The notes beneath the pieces are model-generated. The model was not told the DNA's origin. It ran no database searches and saw only the letters and a program-made list of their open reading frames with translations. The translations under genes and the position numbers were made by a program. Shown here one piece after another: positions 1 through 9,263 of a stretch of DNA of 64,000 nucleotides. Numbering within the stretch: position 1 is the first letter of the stretch; each line of letters begins with the position of its first letter. Source of the DNA: Gemmatimonadota bacterium (GTDB taxonomy: Bacteria > Gemmatimonadota > Gemmatimonadetes > Palauibacterales > Palauibacteraceae); NCBI GenBank assembly GCA_039588215.1, contig JBDHAD010000002.1, forward strand, positions 2,036 to 66,035, given 5' to 3'.

Positions 1-2
1 AC

Positions 3-68
3 TTGGGAGTAGACACGGAAGAGACGGAAGAACTGCCGGACGGGAGGCTGGGTATCCCAAGAGCGTAG
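3..68 (+). CDS. 3' end of an unidentified gene (partial, runs off the window)
   Basis: Open frame from the window edge (..LGVDTEETEELPDGRLGIPRA*) ending at TAG 66-68, followed 17 nt later by a strong GC hairpin. Too short to classify. Confidence 0.25.
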   Translation: MGVDTEETEELPDGRLGIPRA

Positions 69-84
69 GCCACCGAAGTCATGC

Positions 85-114
85 AAGGAGGGCCCGCCGA
101 AGCGGGCCCTCCTT
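85..114. terminator. GC-rich hairpin between convergent genes (possible bidirectional terminator)
   Basis: AAGGAGGGCCCGC-cgaa-GCGGGCCCTCCTT gives a perfect 13-bp stem and 4-nt loop. It lies between the + gene ending at 68 and the - gene ending at 181. There is no clear U-tract. Confidence 0.4.
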
Positions 115-180
115 CTCGATGCTGCACGAAGCCGAACCGCCCGCGTTCGGGCCGGCTCGAAGGGTTCGTCTACTCCGCGT

Positions 181-939
181 CTACATGTCTCCGGTCTCTA
201 CCGAGATCGTGTCCCAGATGTCGTCCGAGTGCGCGGTGAAAGCCCGCGCGAGCGCGTCGAAGCGGTCACCCGAGGCCTCGAACGCGGCGAACTGTGCGGC
301 CCATGCGTCGTCGATGGAATCCCAATCGGGCATGAGCAACAGGAGCTGCCAGTTCATGGCTCCGCCGTGCTCGTGCTGCTCGACCGCGAAGCCGTTCATG
401 GTGCCATCCGTGGTCGCCGCCATCAAGGCGGGTCTCCACACCTCATCATAGTAGGTGTTCCACATCTCCATCTCGGAGGGGCGGACGTTGAACTTGGCGA
501 TGTAGATGTGCTGGTTCGGGCCAGCGTCCTCCCTCTGATAGAGGTCGGTGAGCCGCCAGATGTGATCCTCGTGCGCCTGGACCATGCCGCTGAAGTCGGG
601 AGCTCCGGCCGCAGCCATCCCGCTGTTCAGCGCCTCTAGCGCGGTGTCGATCGAGGCCCAATCGGGCACGATCATCACGAAACGGAAGTTGTACTCGCCG
701 CCCGTGTTGTGCTGGCCGGCCGTGAATCCGTTGATCAGCCCCTGCTCCTGCAGGTTGCTGAGCACGGGAACGACGTACTCGGTGTACGTGCCGACCCAGT
801 CCTCGAGATCCGCGAAGCTCACCGTCCAGTAGCTCTCACGGACGTAGGGGTCGGCTTGCTCTTCCTGCGCCGCGACGGGCGCGAAACCGATCGCCAGAGC
901 AACGCCGAAGAGGGTGGCCATGGGTGCGAAGCGTTTCAT
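181..939 (-). CDS. Secreted protein of unknown function with two tandem homologous ~100-aa domains
   Basis: Internal ATG at 939 (MKRFAPMATLFGVALAIGFAPVAAQ, a signal peptide) is preceded by AGGAGA. The ORF-track start at 1089 adds an implausible Arg/Pro-rich leader. Internal repeat: INGFTAGQHNTGGEYNFRFVMIVPDWASID / MNGFAVEQHEHGGAMNWQLLLLMPDWDSID, and HEDHIW / HSDDIW. Confidence 0.75.
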   Translation of the reverse strand: MKRFAPMATLFGVALAIGFAPVAAQEEQADPYVRESYWTVSFADLEDWVGTYTEYVVPVLSNLQEQGLINGFTAGQHNTGGEYNFRFVMIVPDWASIDTALEALNSGMAAAGAPDFSGMVQAHEDHIWRLTDLYQREDAGPNQHIYIAKFNVRPSEMEMWNTYYDEVWRPALMAATTDGTMNGFAVEQHEHGGAMNWQLLLLMPDWDSIDDAWAAQFAAFEASGDRFDALARAFTAHSDDIWDTISVETGDM

Positions 940-1273
940 GCAGGTCTCCTTTTTCCGGGTCGACGAAGAAATGCCCGATGATGGATGGTGACTGGGACGC
1001 GGCATCGAGCCGGAAGGAGGAGTCCGGACAACCCAGGGGAGCGCGCCCCGACCACACAGCGCGCCGCGGTCCCGCGAGGCGGGCCGCACGATCCCGCCAC
1101 CTCGAGCGAGAATCTAAGACGAAAACGGCTCCGAGGACAAACGGGGGCAGCCGGGCGTCCCGCCCGCGGGGCGGGTGGCGCGCGGGCCATGCGGGAGGAT
1201 ACGGTAGGAGCGCGACGCTGTGACCTAACCCAGACGGAGTAGGCAGACCACTGGCAGCACGCGACCTTCGGTC

Positions 1274-3637
1274 ATGACACCGGAAGTAATCCTCGTCCTG
1301 GCGATCGTCGCGGGGGCGATCGTGTTGTTCGTCACCGAGTGGGTGCGGTACGACATGATCGCCCTGCTCATCCTCGTGACCCTCGCAGTGACGGGTACCA
1401 TCCCGGGGATCGAAGCGATCCAGGGCTTCGGGGACCCCGCGGTGGTCACGATCGCCGGCGTCCTGGTGCTGAGCGGCGGCCTTTATCGGACCGGGATCGC
1501 GAACCTGCTCGGGCGGCAGATGCTTCGCCTGGCGGGCGCGTCGGCCTCGCGGATCACGTTCGTCCTGATGATGACGGCGGGCCTCCTCTCCGGGATCATG
1601 AACAACATCGCGGTAGGGGCGCTCCTCCTGCCGGTCGTCCTGGACATCGCACGCCGCATCGGCCAACCGCCATCGCGGCTCATGATCCCGCTCGCTTTTG
1701 CCACTTTGCTCGGGGGCATGACCACCCTCATCGGGACCGCGCCCAACATCCTGATCGCCGGCGCCCTGTTCGAAGCGGGGCTCGAGCCATTCGACATGTT
1801 CGACTTCACCCCACTCGGACTCACCATCCTCATGGCGGGCACCCTGTGCATGGTCCTGCTCGGCGGGCGGCTGCTTCCACACCGATGGGAGGAGGGGGAG
1901 GGAGACTCGGCCGATGTGGACCTGCGCCGCCAGTACGAGATCGAAGAGATGTTGTTTACGATCGCGGTGCCGCAGGGCTCGGGACTCGCAGGTCGATCGC
2001 TCGTGGACTGCCGCCTCGGACTCGCCCTCGGACTCAGCGTCCTGGCCGTGCGCCGGGAGGGGCGAATGATCCTGGCCCCGCGTCCGAGCTTCAGATTGCT
2101 GGGGGGAGACCGTGTGGTGGCGGCCGGGCAGCTCGAGGCGTTCGAGACGCTACGCGGCTGGGGGCATTTCATCGAGCCTGGCGGCGAGCCGCCCTCGACG
2201 GGGCAGCTCGTTACCGGTCCCGTGGGCCTGGCCGAGATGGAGGTCGCGGGCGACTCGGCACTCGCGGGACAGACGCTGGGCGAGATCGACTTCCGCAACC
2301 GGTATCGGATGCACGTCGTCGCCATCGCGCGTGAAGGCGCCATCCGGCGGGCCCGCATCCACGAGACCCGACTCAAGATCGGCGATGTGCTCGTGGTCTT
2401 GGGGACGCGAGACATGCTTCAGCAACTTCGGTATGCATCCGAGTTCTGCAACATCCAGCAGCTCTCGGCAGAGGAGGCGACCGAGCGGTATCAGCTCAGC
2501 CGCTGGCTGCTGCGGCTCGAGGTCCCATCCGGCTCGCTCCTCGAGGGACGCACGCTCGAGGAGACGCGCCTGCGAAGTGCATTCGATCTCGCCGTCTTGG
2601 AGGTTCAGCGGGATGGGGAGGGCGTCGTGCTCCCGGGCCCCGGGACGCAGCTGAGAGCCCGGGACGTGCTCGTGGTGGAGGGGCGAAGGGAGAACTTCCT
2701 CGTGCTGGACGCGCTCGTCGATCTGGAGCTCCAGCCGGCGCCGCCACGAGTCCGTGATCTGGAGTCGGAGAAGGTCGGGTTCGCCGAGCTGACCCTGGCT
2801 CCGCGTGCCACGCTCGCGGGGAAGACGCTCGAGGAAGTCTTCTTCCGAGAGAAGTACGGGTTGAGTGTGCTCGCCATCTGGCGCGGCGGGCACTCGTACC
2901 ACTCGAGCGTGGAGGTGCGATCGATGCCTCTTCGCTTCGGGGATGCGCTCCTCGTGTACGGCGAGCGGACCAAGCTGAGGCTCTTGGCGCGCGATCCCGG
3001 ATTCCTGGTACTCACGGAGGAGATGCGCGAGATCTTCCGGGCCCCGAAGGCACCCGTGGCGCTCGCGATCATGGCCGCCGTCGTGTTGTCGGCGTCCACG
3101 GGCTTGCTTCCGATCTTCATCGCGGCGCCCGCGGGGGCGTTGCTGATGGTGTTCACGGGGTGCCTGACGGCGGATGAGGCGTACGAAGCTGTCCAATGGA
3201 AAGTCATCCTGTTGATCGGTGGGATGCTGGCGCTCGGCGTGGCGATGCAGGAGACCGGGACGGCGGGCCTCATCGCGCGCAGCGTGCTCGGACGCGCGGC
3301 CGAGCTCGGACCGCTGGCGCTCCTCGGTGGCCTATTCATGGTGACCGCGCTGGCGGCACAGTTCATCCCCACGGTGGCCGTGGCGGTCCTCATGTCGCCT
3401 ATCGCGCTCAACACCGCGGCGGAGGCGGGGGTGTCCCCCTATTCGCTGATGATGGTCGTGGCGGTGGGGGCGTCAGCCGCGTTCCTGAGTCCGTTCGGGC
3501 ACCCCGTAAACCTGCTCGTCATGGGAGTGGGCGGATACCGCGTCGCGGATTACACGAAGGTGGGGATCCCGCTGGTGATTGTCCTTCTGCTCGTGGTCCT
3601 CTTCGTCCTCCCGATCATCTGGCCACTGGCGATCTGA
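1274..3637 (+). CDS. SLC13/DASS-type (CitT/ArsB-like) anion permease with four central TrkA-C (RCK_C) domains
   Basis: 787 aa. Hydrophobic N- and C-terminal transporter halves (..NNIAVGALLLPV.., ..MSPIALNTAAEAGVSPY..). The central soluble region has four repeats of the TrkA-C pattern (L.G.TL.E..FR....L.V.AI.R.G......P....L..GD.L.V.G). Confidence 0.9.
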   Translation: MTPEVILVLAIVAGAIVLFVTEWVRYDMIALLILVTLAVTGTIPGIEAIQGFGDPAVVTIAGVLVLSGGLYRTGIANLLGRQMLRLAGASASRITFVLMMTAGLLSGIMNNIAVGALLLPVVLDIARRIGQPPSRLMIPLAFATLLGGMTTLIGTAPNILIAGALFEAGLEPFDMFDFTPLGLTILMAGTLCMVLLGGRLLPHRWEEGEGDSADVDLRRQYEIEEMLFTIAVPQGSGLAGRSLVDCRLGLALGLSVLAVRREGRMILAPRPSFRLLGGDRVVAAGQLEAFETLRGWGHFIEPGGEPPSTGQLVTGPVGLAEMEVAGDSALAGQTLGEIDFRNRYRMHVVAIAREGAIRRARIHETRLKIGDVLVVLGTRDMLQQLRYASEFCNIQQLSAEEATERYQLSRWLLRLEVPSGSLLEGRTLEETRLRSAFDLAVLEVQRDGEGVVLPGPGTQLRARDVLVVEGRRENFLVLDALVDLELQPAPPRVRDLESEKVGFAELTLAPRATLAGKTLEEVFFREKYGLSVLAIWRGGHSYHSSVEVRSMPLRFGDALLVYGERTKLRLLARDPGFLVLTEEMREIFRAPKAPVALAIMAAVVLSASTGLLPIFIAAPAGALLMVFTGCLTADEAYEAVQWKVILLIGGMLALGVAMQETGTAGLIARSVLGRAAELGPLALLGGLFMVTALAAQFIPTVAVAVLMSPIALNTAAEAGVSPYSLMMVVAVGASAAFLSPFGHPVNLLVMGVGGYRVADYTKVGIPLVIVLLLVVLFVLPIIWPLAI

Positions 3638-3659
3638 CTGCCGGAAGCCACCCGGCGAG

Positions 3660-4865
3660 CTAGCTGCCCTCCGACGGATCGCGATCATCCGATCCGCTCA
3701 GCTCGACCGAGATGTGGATGCCCCGACTCTCCAACGCCTCGGCTAGGGGGGGCAGCGGCAGGTCACCGATAGGTGACAGGAGTCCACGATTCGCGATTCC
3801 ACCGGCGGCGATCATCTGGGCGCCGATGCTGGCCGTGAATCCGGTCAGCCGACTGACGGCCGTCAGCCCGGTCTCGAGATCGCGCGCGTCCACCACCTGA
3901 GAGACGACGAGTGTCCGGACACCGGCCCGCCGTCCTTCAACCTCCACCCGAAGCACACCGAGATCGCGCTCGTCCGGCGCATACTGCAGGTGTGGCTCGA
4001 GGGCGGCAGCCAGGTAGTCGTATCGATCCACCGGTATGCCGCCCACGATCACGGGCTCCTCATCCAGCAAGTGCAGGTCGACGAGCGTGCGCCAGACCGC
4101 GCAATGCCCCGGCCACCGCAGCGTGTAGCGTCCGGCCGTCGCGAGCCGGGATCGGTCCAACGCCAGCGGCTCGACGTACTGGAGCGCATCTCCGTTGGGG
4201 TATGCCTCCAGCCGGCCCAGTCCCTCGATCTCGATCTCGTGCACGTTCGCGGGGTGGAAGATCTCGTCGCCACCGATTTGTACGAGAACCCCGTCGCGGA
4301 TGAGACAGGCGGGCCGTCGGTACGCCCGCAACACGCCCTCGAGCGTCCAGCTCACCTTGTACCGGAGGGGGTTCGTAACGGCTTCGGGTGCCGGGATCCC
4401 CGCGCCGTAGCTTCGGAGTCCCGTGACCTGGTCCAGATGGCGAACCGCGTCGCGCAGCATCACGAGATCCAACCCCGGGTCCATTCCGCACTCGGGGAGG
4501 AGGGTGACGTCGTTTGCCAGCGCCGGTCCGTGAAGCGCGCGGAACTCCGGTGTCGGGTAGTTCGTGCTGACCAGGTGGACGCCGTGTCGGACGGCGGAAG
4601 TCGCTACGTCCGCCATAAACGGAGCGGGCAGGAGGTCGATCGCCACGTCGTGCCCCGAGCCCATCAGCCGATCGAGGGCTCCGGCGTCCGTCGCGTCGAG
4701 CTGCTCGCAGCGTACCTTCCGCCCGTAGCCACGTTCGGTTACATGGGTCTCGAGGCGGTCAATCTCACGGTCCGCGGCCAACACCCCATGAACGGGCTCG
4801 CTGTGGAAGAGGTCGTGCAGCGCAGCCACGCCCTGCATGCCGACGCCCAACAGGAGCACCTTCAT
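3660..4865 (-). CDS. Saccharopine dehydrogenase-family NAD(P)-binding oxidoreductase
   Basis: 401 aa. N-terminal Rossmann motif MKVLLLGVGMQG. Overall resemblance to Sacchrp_dh N and C domains (..LLPECGMDPGLD..). Confidence 0.85.
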   Translation of the reverse strand: MKVLLLGVGMQGVAALHDLFHSEPVHGVLAADREIDRLETHVTERGYGRKVRCEQLDATDAGALDRLMGSGHDVAIDLLPAPFMADVATSAVRHGVHLVSTNYPTPEFRALHGPALANDVTLLPECGMDPGLDLVMLRDAVRHLDQVTGLRSYGAGIPAPEAVTNPLRYKVSWTLEGVLRAYRRPACLIRDGVLVQIGGDEIFHPANVHEIEIEGLGRLEAYPNGDALQYVEPLALDRSRLATAGRYTLRWPGHCAVWRTLVDLHLLDEEPVIVGGIPVDRYDYLAAALEPHLQYAPDERDLGVLRVEVEGRRAGVRTLVVSQVVDARDLETGLTAVSRLTGFTASIGAQMIAAGGIANRGLLSPIGDLPLPPLAEALESRGIHISVELSGSDDRDPSEGS

Positions 4866-4971
4866 CTCGAGGACCGAATCGTCTCGGGGATCGAACGTTC
4901 AGATCTGGGAGAGCAGCGCCCGATACTCCGCGGCCCTGTCCTCCATGTGGATGTCCATGTAGACGCCCACC

Positions 4972-5796
4972 CTAGAAGCCCGTGAGCGTGACGTTTCCGT
5001 TCGAGGTGATGACGTCGATCGTTCCCGCGCCCGTCCCGAGAGTGCCCGTCACCACGTTGTTCGTGATCAGCTCGTTCGTGAGCGCGAGGTTGCTCAAGGT
5101 CACGCTACCGTTGTCCGTGCGCGCCTCGAGCTCGGCATTAGTGGCCGAAGGTATGCGAAGCGTGATGTTCCCGTTCACCGCCGACAAGTCGATGAACTCG
5201 TCGTCCGCGATAGTCACTTCCGCGCTCAAGCTCCCGTTGGTCAGATCGATTTCGGTGCTCCCCTCGATCCTCGAGAGCGTGACCACGCCGTTGCCCACGA
5301 TCGCGGTGAGCCCGTTGTCGAGATCCTCGACCGTCACGTCACCGTTAGTGGTGATCACCTGGCCTATCAATCGCTCGGGTACCTCGAGCACGAAGTTGAC
5401 GGTGTATTGCCGGCCGCCGCCCACGGGGTGAACCGCTCGGATCTGAATCACGTCGCCTACTTCGGCGATCTCGATCGTGATGAGCTCGAGACCCGCCTCG
5501 GCGTCCGCTTCGCTGTTCGCCCCGACGCGCTTCTCGCCGCGGATGACGAACTCCTCACCGCCGGAGTTCGCGATCACCAGTATCCGTCCGTTGATGCCCT
5601 CGATCCGGAAGGTCGAGTGCCCGGTGGCATCCCGGTCAAAACGAAATTCCTCGAACAACTCCGTCGTGCAACATTGGCTGCTCGTGACCGAGACGCATGC
5701 GGCGATCGCCAGAGACGTGAGGACGGCGGCTAACGCCGACAGGTGGGTGGCGATCCGTGCGCTGTGTCTATGGCTCATGGTCCGTTTCCCGTTCAT
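4972..5796 (-). CDS. DUF4097-like beta-strand-repeat lipoprotein (putative adhesin fold)
   Basis: Signal/lipobox LTSLAIAAC. C-terminal repeats NGDVTV / NGVVTL / NGSLSA / NGNITL / NGSVTL / NGNVTL are typical of DUF4097. The start could instead be the internal Met (MSHRH) at 5778. Confidence 0.7.
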   Translation of the reverse strand: MNGKRTMSHRHSARIATHLSALAAVLTSLAIAACVSVTSSQCCTTELFEEFRFDRDATGHSTFRIEGINGRILVIANSGGEEFVIRGEKRVGANSEADAEAGLELITIEIAEVGDVIQIRAVHPVGGGRQYTVNFVLEVPERLIGQVITTNGDVTVEDLDNGLTAIVGNGVVTLSRIEGSTEIDLTNGSLSAEVTIADDEFIDLSAVNGNITLRIPSATNAELEARTDNGSVTLSNLALTNELITNNVVTGTLGTGAGTIDVITSNGNVTLTGF

Positions 5797-5871
5797 GTCA
5801 TCGGCCGTGGGGTCGCGATCGGTTCGTCGGCTGGCCCGCGTCTGCCGCCTCGAGTCGGGCTCCCCGTCCGC

Positions 5872-6549
5872 CTATCCTCGGGGTCGTCGACTCTCGCCGA
5901 GGATCCGGGCCGCGCGGCGCGGATTGAAGGCGCCGCAGTTGCAGAAGCGGGCCAGGCAACGGCTCGCCTCCGCCGGGGTCCGCCGCCCGTTCCTTACCCA
6001 CGAAATCATTTTTTGCGCCAATCCGTGCCCGATCATCCCGTGCCCGCACATCGTGCACAGGCGCAGCGTAGTGGCATCAGGGAGGCGCTCCGTCCGCCCA
6101 AAGAACCCTAGTGAGTATTCCACACTGTGCCGGGAGATCCCGACTTCGTCGCAACACTCTTCTGCACTGGACGTGAGGGCGCTCACGTTGATCGACAGCC
6201 CCAGGTCGGCGTCTCGCAATTCCTCGACGAACGCGCGCATCGATTCGTAGTTGTCGAATACGGCCGTGACGGGGGAGGGGGCGTCGACCGCGTCGATCAC
6301 GTCCTCGGGAGAAGGGGCCGAAGGACGGCGCCAGTGAACGGTGGGCCGGAGGCCTCGCTTCGAGTGGTGCCACCCGTGGTGGGCCGTATCGCCGATGTTG
6401 ACCGGGTCATGGCGGAGCGAGCGCCGCAGGAACTCCTTCTGCCTCTCCACCGCGAGCCGGGCATCGAAGCCGCTCGCCGGCATGGCCAGGACCAGAAAGT
6501 CATCCTTCTGATCTTCGGCAGGTCCGGATCGATGTAGCGTGTGGGTCAT
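5872..6549 (-). CDS. Cys-rich hypothetical protein (possible metal/Fe-S binding C-terminus)
   Basis: 225 aa. Its ATG overlaps the stop of the upstream ferredoxin-domain gene by 4 nt (6546-6549). C-terminal CTMCGHGMIGHG...CLARFCNCGAFNPRRAARIL is reminiscent of BFD-like [2Fe-2S] motifs. No confident family. Confidence 0.6.
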   Translation of the reverse strand: MTHTLHRSGPAEDQKDDFLVLAMPASGFDARLAVERQKEFLRRSLRHDPVNIGDTAHHGWHHSKRGLRPTVHWRRPSAPSPEDVIDAVDAPSPVTAVFDNYESMRAFVEELRDADLGLSINVSALTSSAEECCDEVGISRHSVEYSLGFFGRTERLPDATTLRLCTMCGHGMIGHGLAQKMISWVRNGRRTPAEASRCLARFCNCGAFNPRRAARILGESRRPRG

Positions 6550-7346
6550 GTCTCCAGGTGCCCAAGCCCGATGTTCGTCTTCGCGCGGATGGGTACGTAT
6601 CCGGAGCCCGCGAGCACCCCCTCCAGGGGACTGTCTCCCCCTCCGTCGCAGCGCCCGGCCGCGCCCACGGCCATCACCGTGTCGATTCGTTTCGCCACCT
6701 CCTCGAGGGCGCGCAGTACACGCGGGACTTCGTCGAATCCCACTTTGAACTCGACGATGGCCGACATGACCTTCTCTCCAAGGACATCGGGCTCCAGCGC
6801 GCCGGAGGCGGCATCCATCATCAGGCCGGTCACCGGGTTGTTCTTCTCGAACGTCACCCCGGTCGTGGCGAGATGGCGAGTCACACGCTCGATGTCACGA
6901 AACCAGACCCCGACCGCGGGTCGACCCAGTTCCACGACGAACCCTGCCTCGCCCTCCCGCACTCGGTCCGTCACGTCGTTCGTCTTCACTTCCTCCGTGC
7001 CGCGGCCATGCACGCCGGTCTCCTCATGAGGTGCCTGAGTATCGCTGAAGGCGCGGCGCACGGTGCGCGGCCACGTGAGCTCATCGGGCTCGATGGCGGA
7101 GGTCGGGCACACATCGGGCTCGGGGTCGAACCGGACACGCGCGAAACGAAGAAGCCGGCGAACACCCCGGACCAAAGTGGGATTGAGCCGCTCGGTGCTC
7201 ATGTTGCGGTAGCAGGCGAAGCATTCCACGCACTCGGTGGGATCCACGGCGGCTCGTTCCCTGGCGGGATCGATCGAGATCGCCGCCATGGGGCACACGG
7301 CCACGCAGTTGCCACACCCGACACACAGGTCCGGGTTGATCCTCAT
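6546..7346 (-). CDS. 4Fe-4S dicluster domain protein with uncharacterised C-terminal domain
   Basis: Start moved to ATG 7346 (MRINPDLCVGCGNCVAVCP) with GGAG 7 nt upstream. Second cluster motif CVECFACYRN...CPTSAI. About 170 aa of C-terminal region has no motif I recognise. Confidence 0.75.
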   Translation of the reverse strand: MRINPDLCVGCGNCVAVCPMAAISIDPARERAAVDPTECVECFACYRNMSTERLNPTLVRGVRRLLRFARVRFDPEPDVCPTSAIEPDELTWPRTVRRAFSDTQAPHEETGVHGRGTEEVKTNDVTDRVREGEAGFVVELGRPAVGVWFRDIERVTRHLATTGVTFEKNNPVTGLMMDAASGALEPDVLGEKVMSAIVEFKVGFDEVPRVLRALEEVAKRIDTVMAVGAAGRCDGGGDSPLEGVLAGSGYVPIRAKTNIGLGHLET

Positions 7347-7543
7347 TCCTGGGCTCCGCTGCCGCGAGGGGAGTGCGGGCCGGAACGAGTCGCCGCTCCG
7401 GCCGCCCGACCAATTGACAATATACTGATCCCCATGCGGCGGCACGGCGGAGACTACCCCTTGCCGGAGCCGGCGACGACCGTCACGCTGGCACGGTCTG
7501 TTGCGGGAGGGACAATACCGGATGATCAACAGGTCCGAGCCGG

Positions 7544-8320
7544 GTGCCGGGACGCGCACCTGCGCGCCCATGTGAGGTAGCGTTGCCAGTCGATCGGACG
7601 CTCGCCACGCTTCTGTACGGGGCGATCGCGGCCGCGGCCGCCGCCTTCGGGGTCGGCCCGTGGGCGTTCGGACGACGCCCGTCCCGGAGGCTCATCGGTC
7701 TCGCCAACGCCCTGGCGGCCGGACTCATGCTAGGGGCGGCGTACATCCTGGTGAGCGAGGGATTGACGGGCCCGGCCGCTCCCGGGGCCGCGGGCGCGGT
7801 GCTCGGCATCCTGTTCGTGTACGGTTCGCACGCGTTCGGAGGGACCGCGGACCTGCAGCTCAACCTGCCCGATGAGGTGTCCCCCGAGTACGGCTACAAG
7901 GTCGTAGTCGTCAATAGCCTCCACTCCGCCTCGGAAGGGATCGCGATCGGCGTCGCGATGTTCCTCGATCTCCGACTCGGCATCTTCATGGCTCTGGCCT
8001 TTGCGGTGCATAACGTGGCGGAGGCGACGGCGCTGTGCTCGGTCCTCGTACCGCGAGGCGTATCACTCGGCCGGGCCGCCGCGCTGTCGGTCCTGACCGA
8101 CGTGAGCCAGCCGCTCATGGCCGTGGCCACGTACGCGGTGCTGGTCGCGGCCCCCGTCATCCTCCCTCCCACCCTGGGCTTCGCGGTCGGCGCCATCATC
8201 TACCTGACGGTAGTCGAGCTACTCCCCGAGGCCTACACGCAGGCGCACGAGGTGGGGATCGGGGTCACCGCCGCGGTCGCGATGAGCGCGGTGGCCGTGC
8301 TCCGGGTCTTTCTGCCATGA
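7544..8320 (+). CDS. ZIP-family divalent metal (Zn/Fe) transporter, copy 1
   Basis: Multi-TM protein with ZIP signature HNVAEATAL. Homologous to the next gene (ALAAGLMLGAAY / AIASGLMLGASF). The start is uncertain. TTG 7583 would match the paralogue's N-terminus better. Confidence 0.8.
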   Translation: MPGRAPARPCEVALPVDRTLATLLYGAIAAAAAAFGVGPWAFGRRPSRRLIGLANALAAGLMLGAAYILVSEGLTGPAAPGAAGAVLGILFVYGSHAFGGTADLQLNLPDEVSPEYGYKVVVVNSLHSASEGIAIGVAMFLDLRLGIFMALAFAVHNVAEATALCSVLVPRGVSLGRAAALSVLTDVSQPLMAVATYAVLVAAPVILPPTLGFAVGAIIYLTVVELLPEAYTQAHEVGIGVTAAVAMSAVAVLRVFLP

Positions 8321-9063
8321 ACGGGGATCCCGAGACGTCGCAGATCCTGCGCGTCCTCCTGTGGGCCACCGTCACGGCACTGGCGACTGGCCTCGGCGCG
8401 CTCCCGTTCTTGGTCCTGCGACGGGTCACCTCGGGGGCGGTGGCGTACGCGAACGCGATCGCGTCCGGCCTCATGTTGGGTGCGAGCTTCGGCTTGCTCG
8501 CAGAAGGGACGGAACACGGTGCATGGCAGCCGTTCGTAGGTGCCAACCTCGGCGTCCTTTTCATTCTCGCGACCCGGCGCTGGCTCGATGAGCGCGACAT
8601 CGAGTTCGGATCGGTGCGGGGAGAAGGTGCCCGCAAGATGCTCTTGATCGTGATCGTGATGGCGGTGCATTCGTTCGCCGAGGGCGTGGCCGTGGGCGCT
8701 GCGTTTGCGGGCGGTTTGACGCTCGCGGCGTTCGTGACGATCGCCATAGCGATCCACAACATCCCCGAGGGGCTCGCGATCAGCGCGGTCCTGCGACCGC
8801 GAGGCCGGAGCATCGCGGCGTGCGCCGGCTGGAGCGTCTTTTCCTCGCTGCCCCAGCCCCTCATGGCGGTGCCCGCCTTTGTCTTTGTGGAAGCGTTCAG
8901 ACCCTCGCTGCCGTACGCGCTCGGGTTCGCTGCCGGCGCGATGGTGCTGATGGTCTTATTGGAGTTGCTTCCCGAATCGTACGAGCACGGTCGGCGGGCC
9001 CCGATCGGGATTCTCCTCTCGCTCAGCCTGGTCGGGATGCTTCTCCTACAGCGCTATCTTTGA
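8317..9063 (+). CDS. ZIP-family divalent metal transporter, copy 2
   Basis: ATG 8317 overlaps the copy-1 stop (ATGA). ZIP motifs HSFAEGVAVG and HNIPEGLAIS. The ORF-track extension to 8035 is out of frame inside copy 1. Confidence 0.85.
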   Translation: MNGDPETSQILRVLLWATVTALATGLGALPFLVLRRVTSGAVAYANAIASGLMLGASFGLLAEGTEHGAWQPFVGANLGVLFILATRRWLDERDIEFGSVRGEGARKMLLIVIVMAVHSFAEGVAVGAAFAGGLTLAAFVTIAIAIHNIPEGLAISAVLRPRGRSIAACAGWSVFSSLPQPLMAVPAFVFVEAFRPSLPYALGFAAGAMVLMVLLELLPESYEHGRRAPIGILLSLSLVGMLLLQRYL

Positions 9064-9263
9064 TCGGATGAAAGGCGAGAGCAGGGCCGTCAGGAGTGCG
9101 GACCCTCGCAGATCCGGGCCGCTAGCTTGGTGGGCGGTCCGACCGACGCGAGCGTGGCGTAGACGAGCGTTGAAGGATCCGGGGCCGCGGGCGCGAACTC
9201 GCAAAGTGAAACTCGCGACCGAGACTTGCCTCTGGTGCCCGAGTTCTTCCTAGTATCCGCCCT

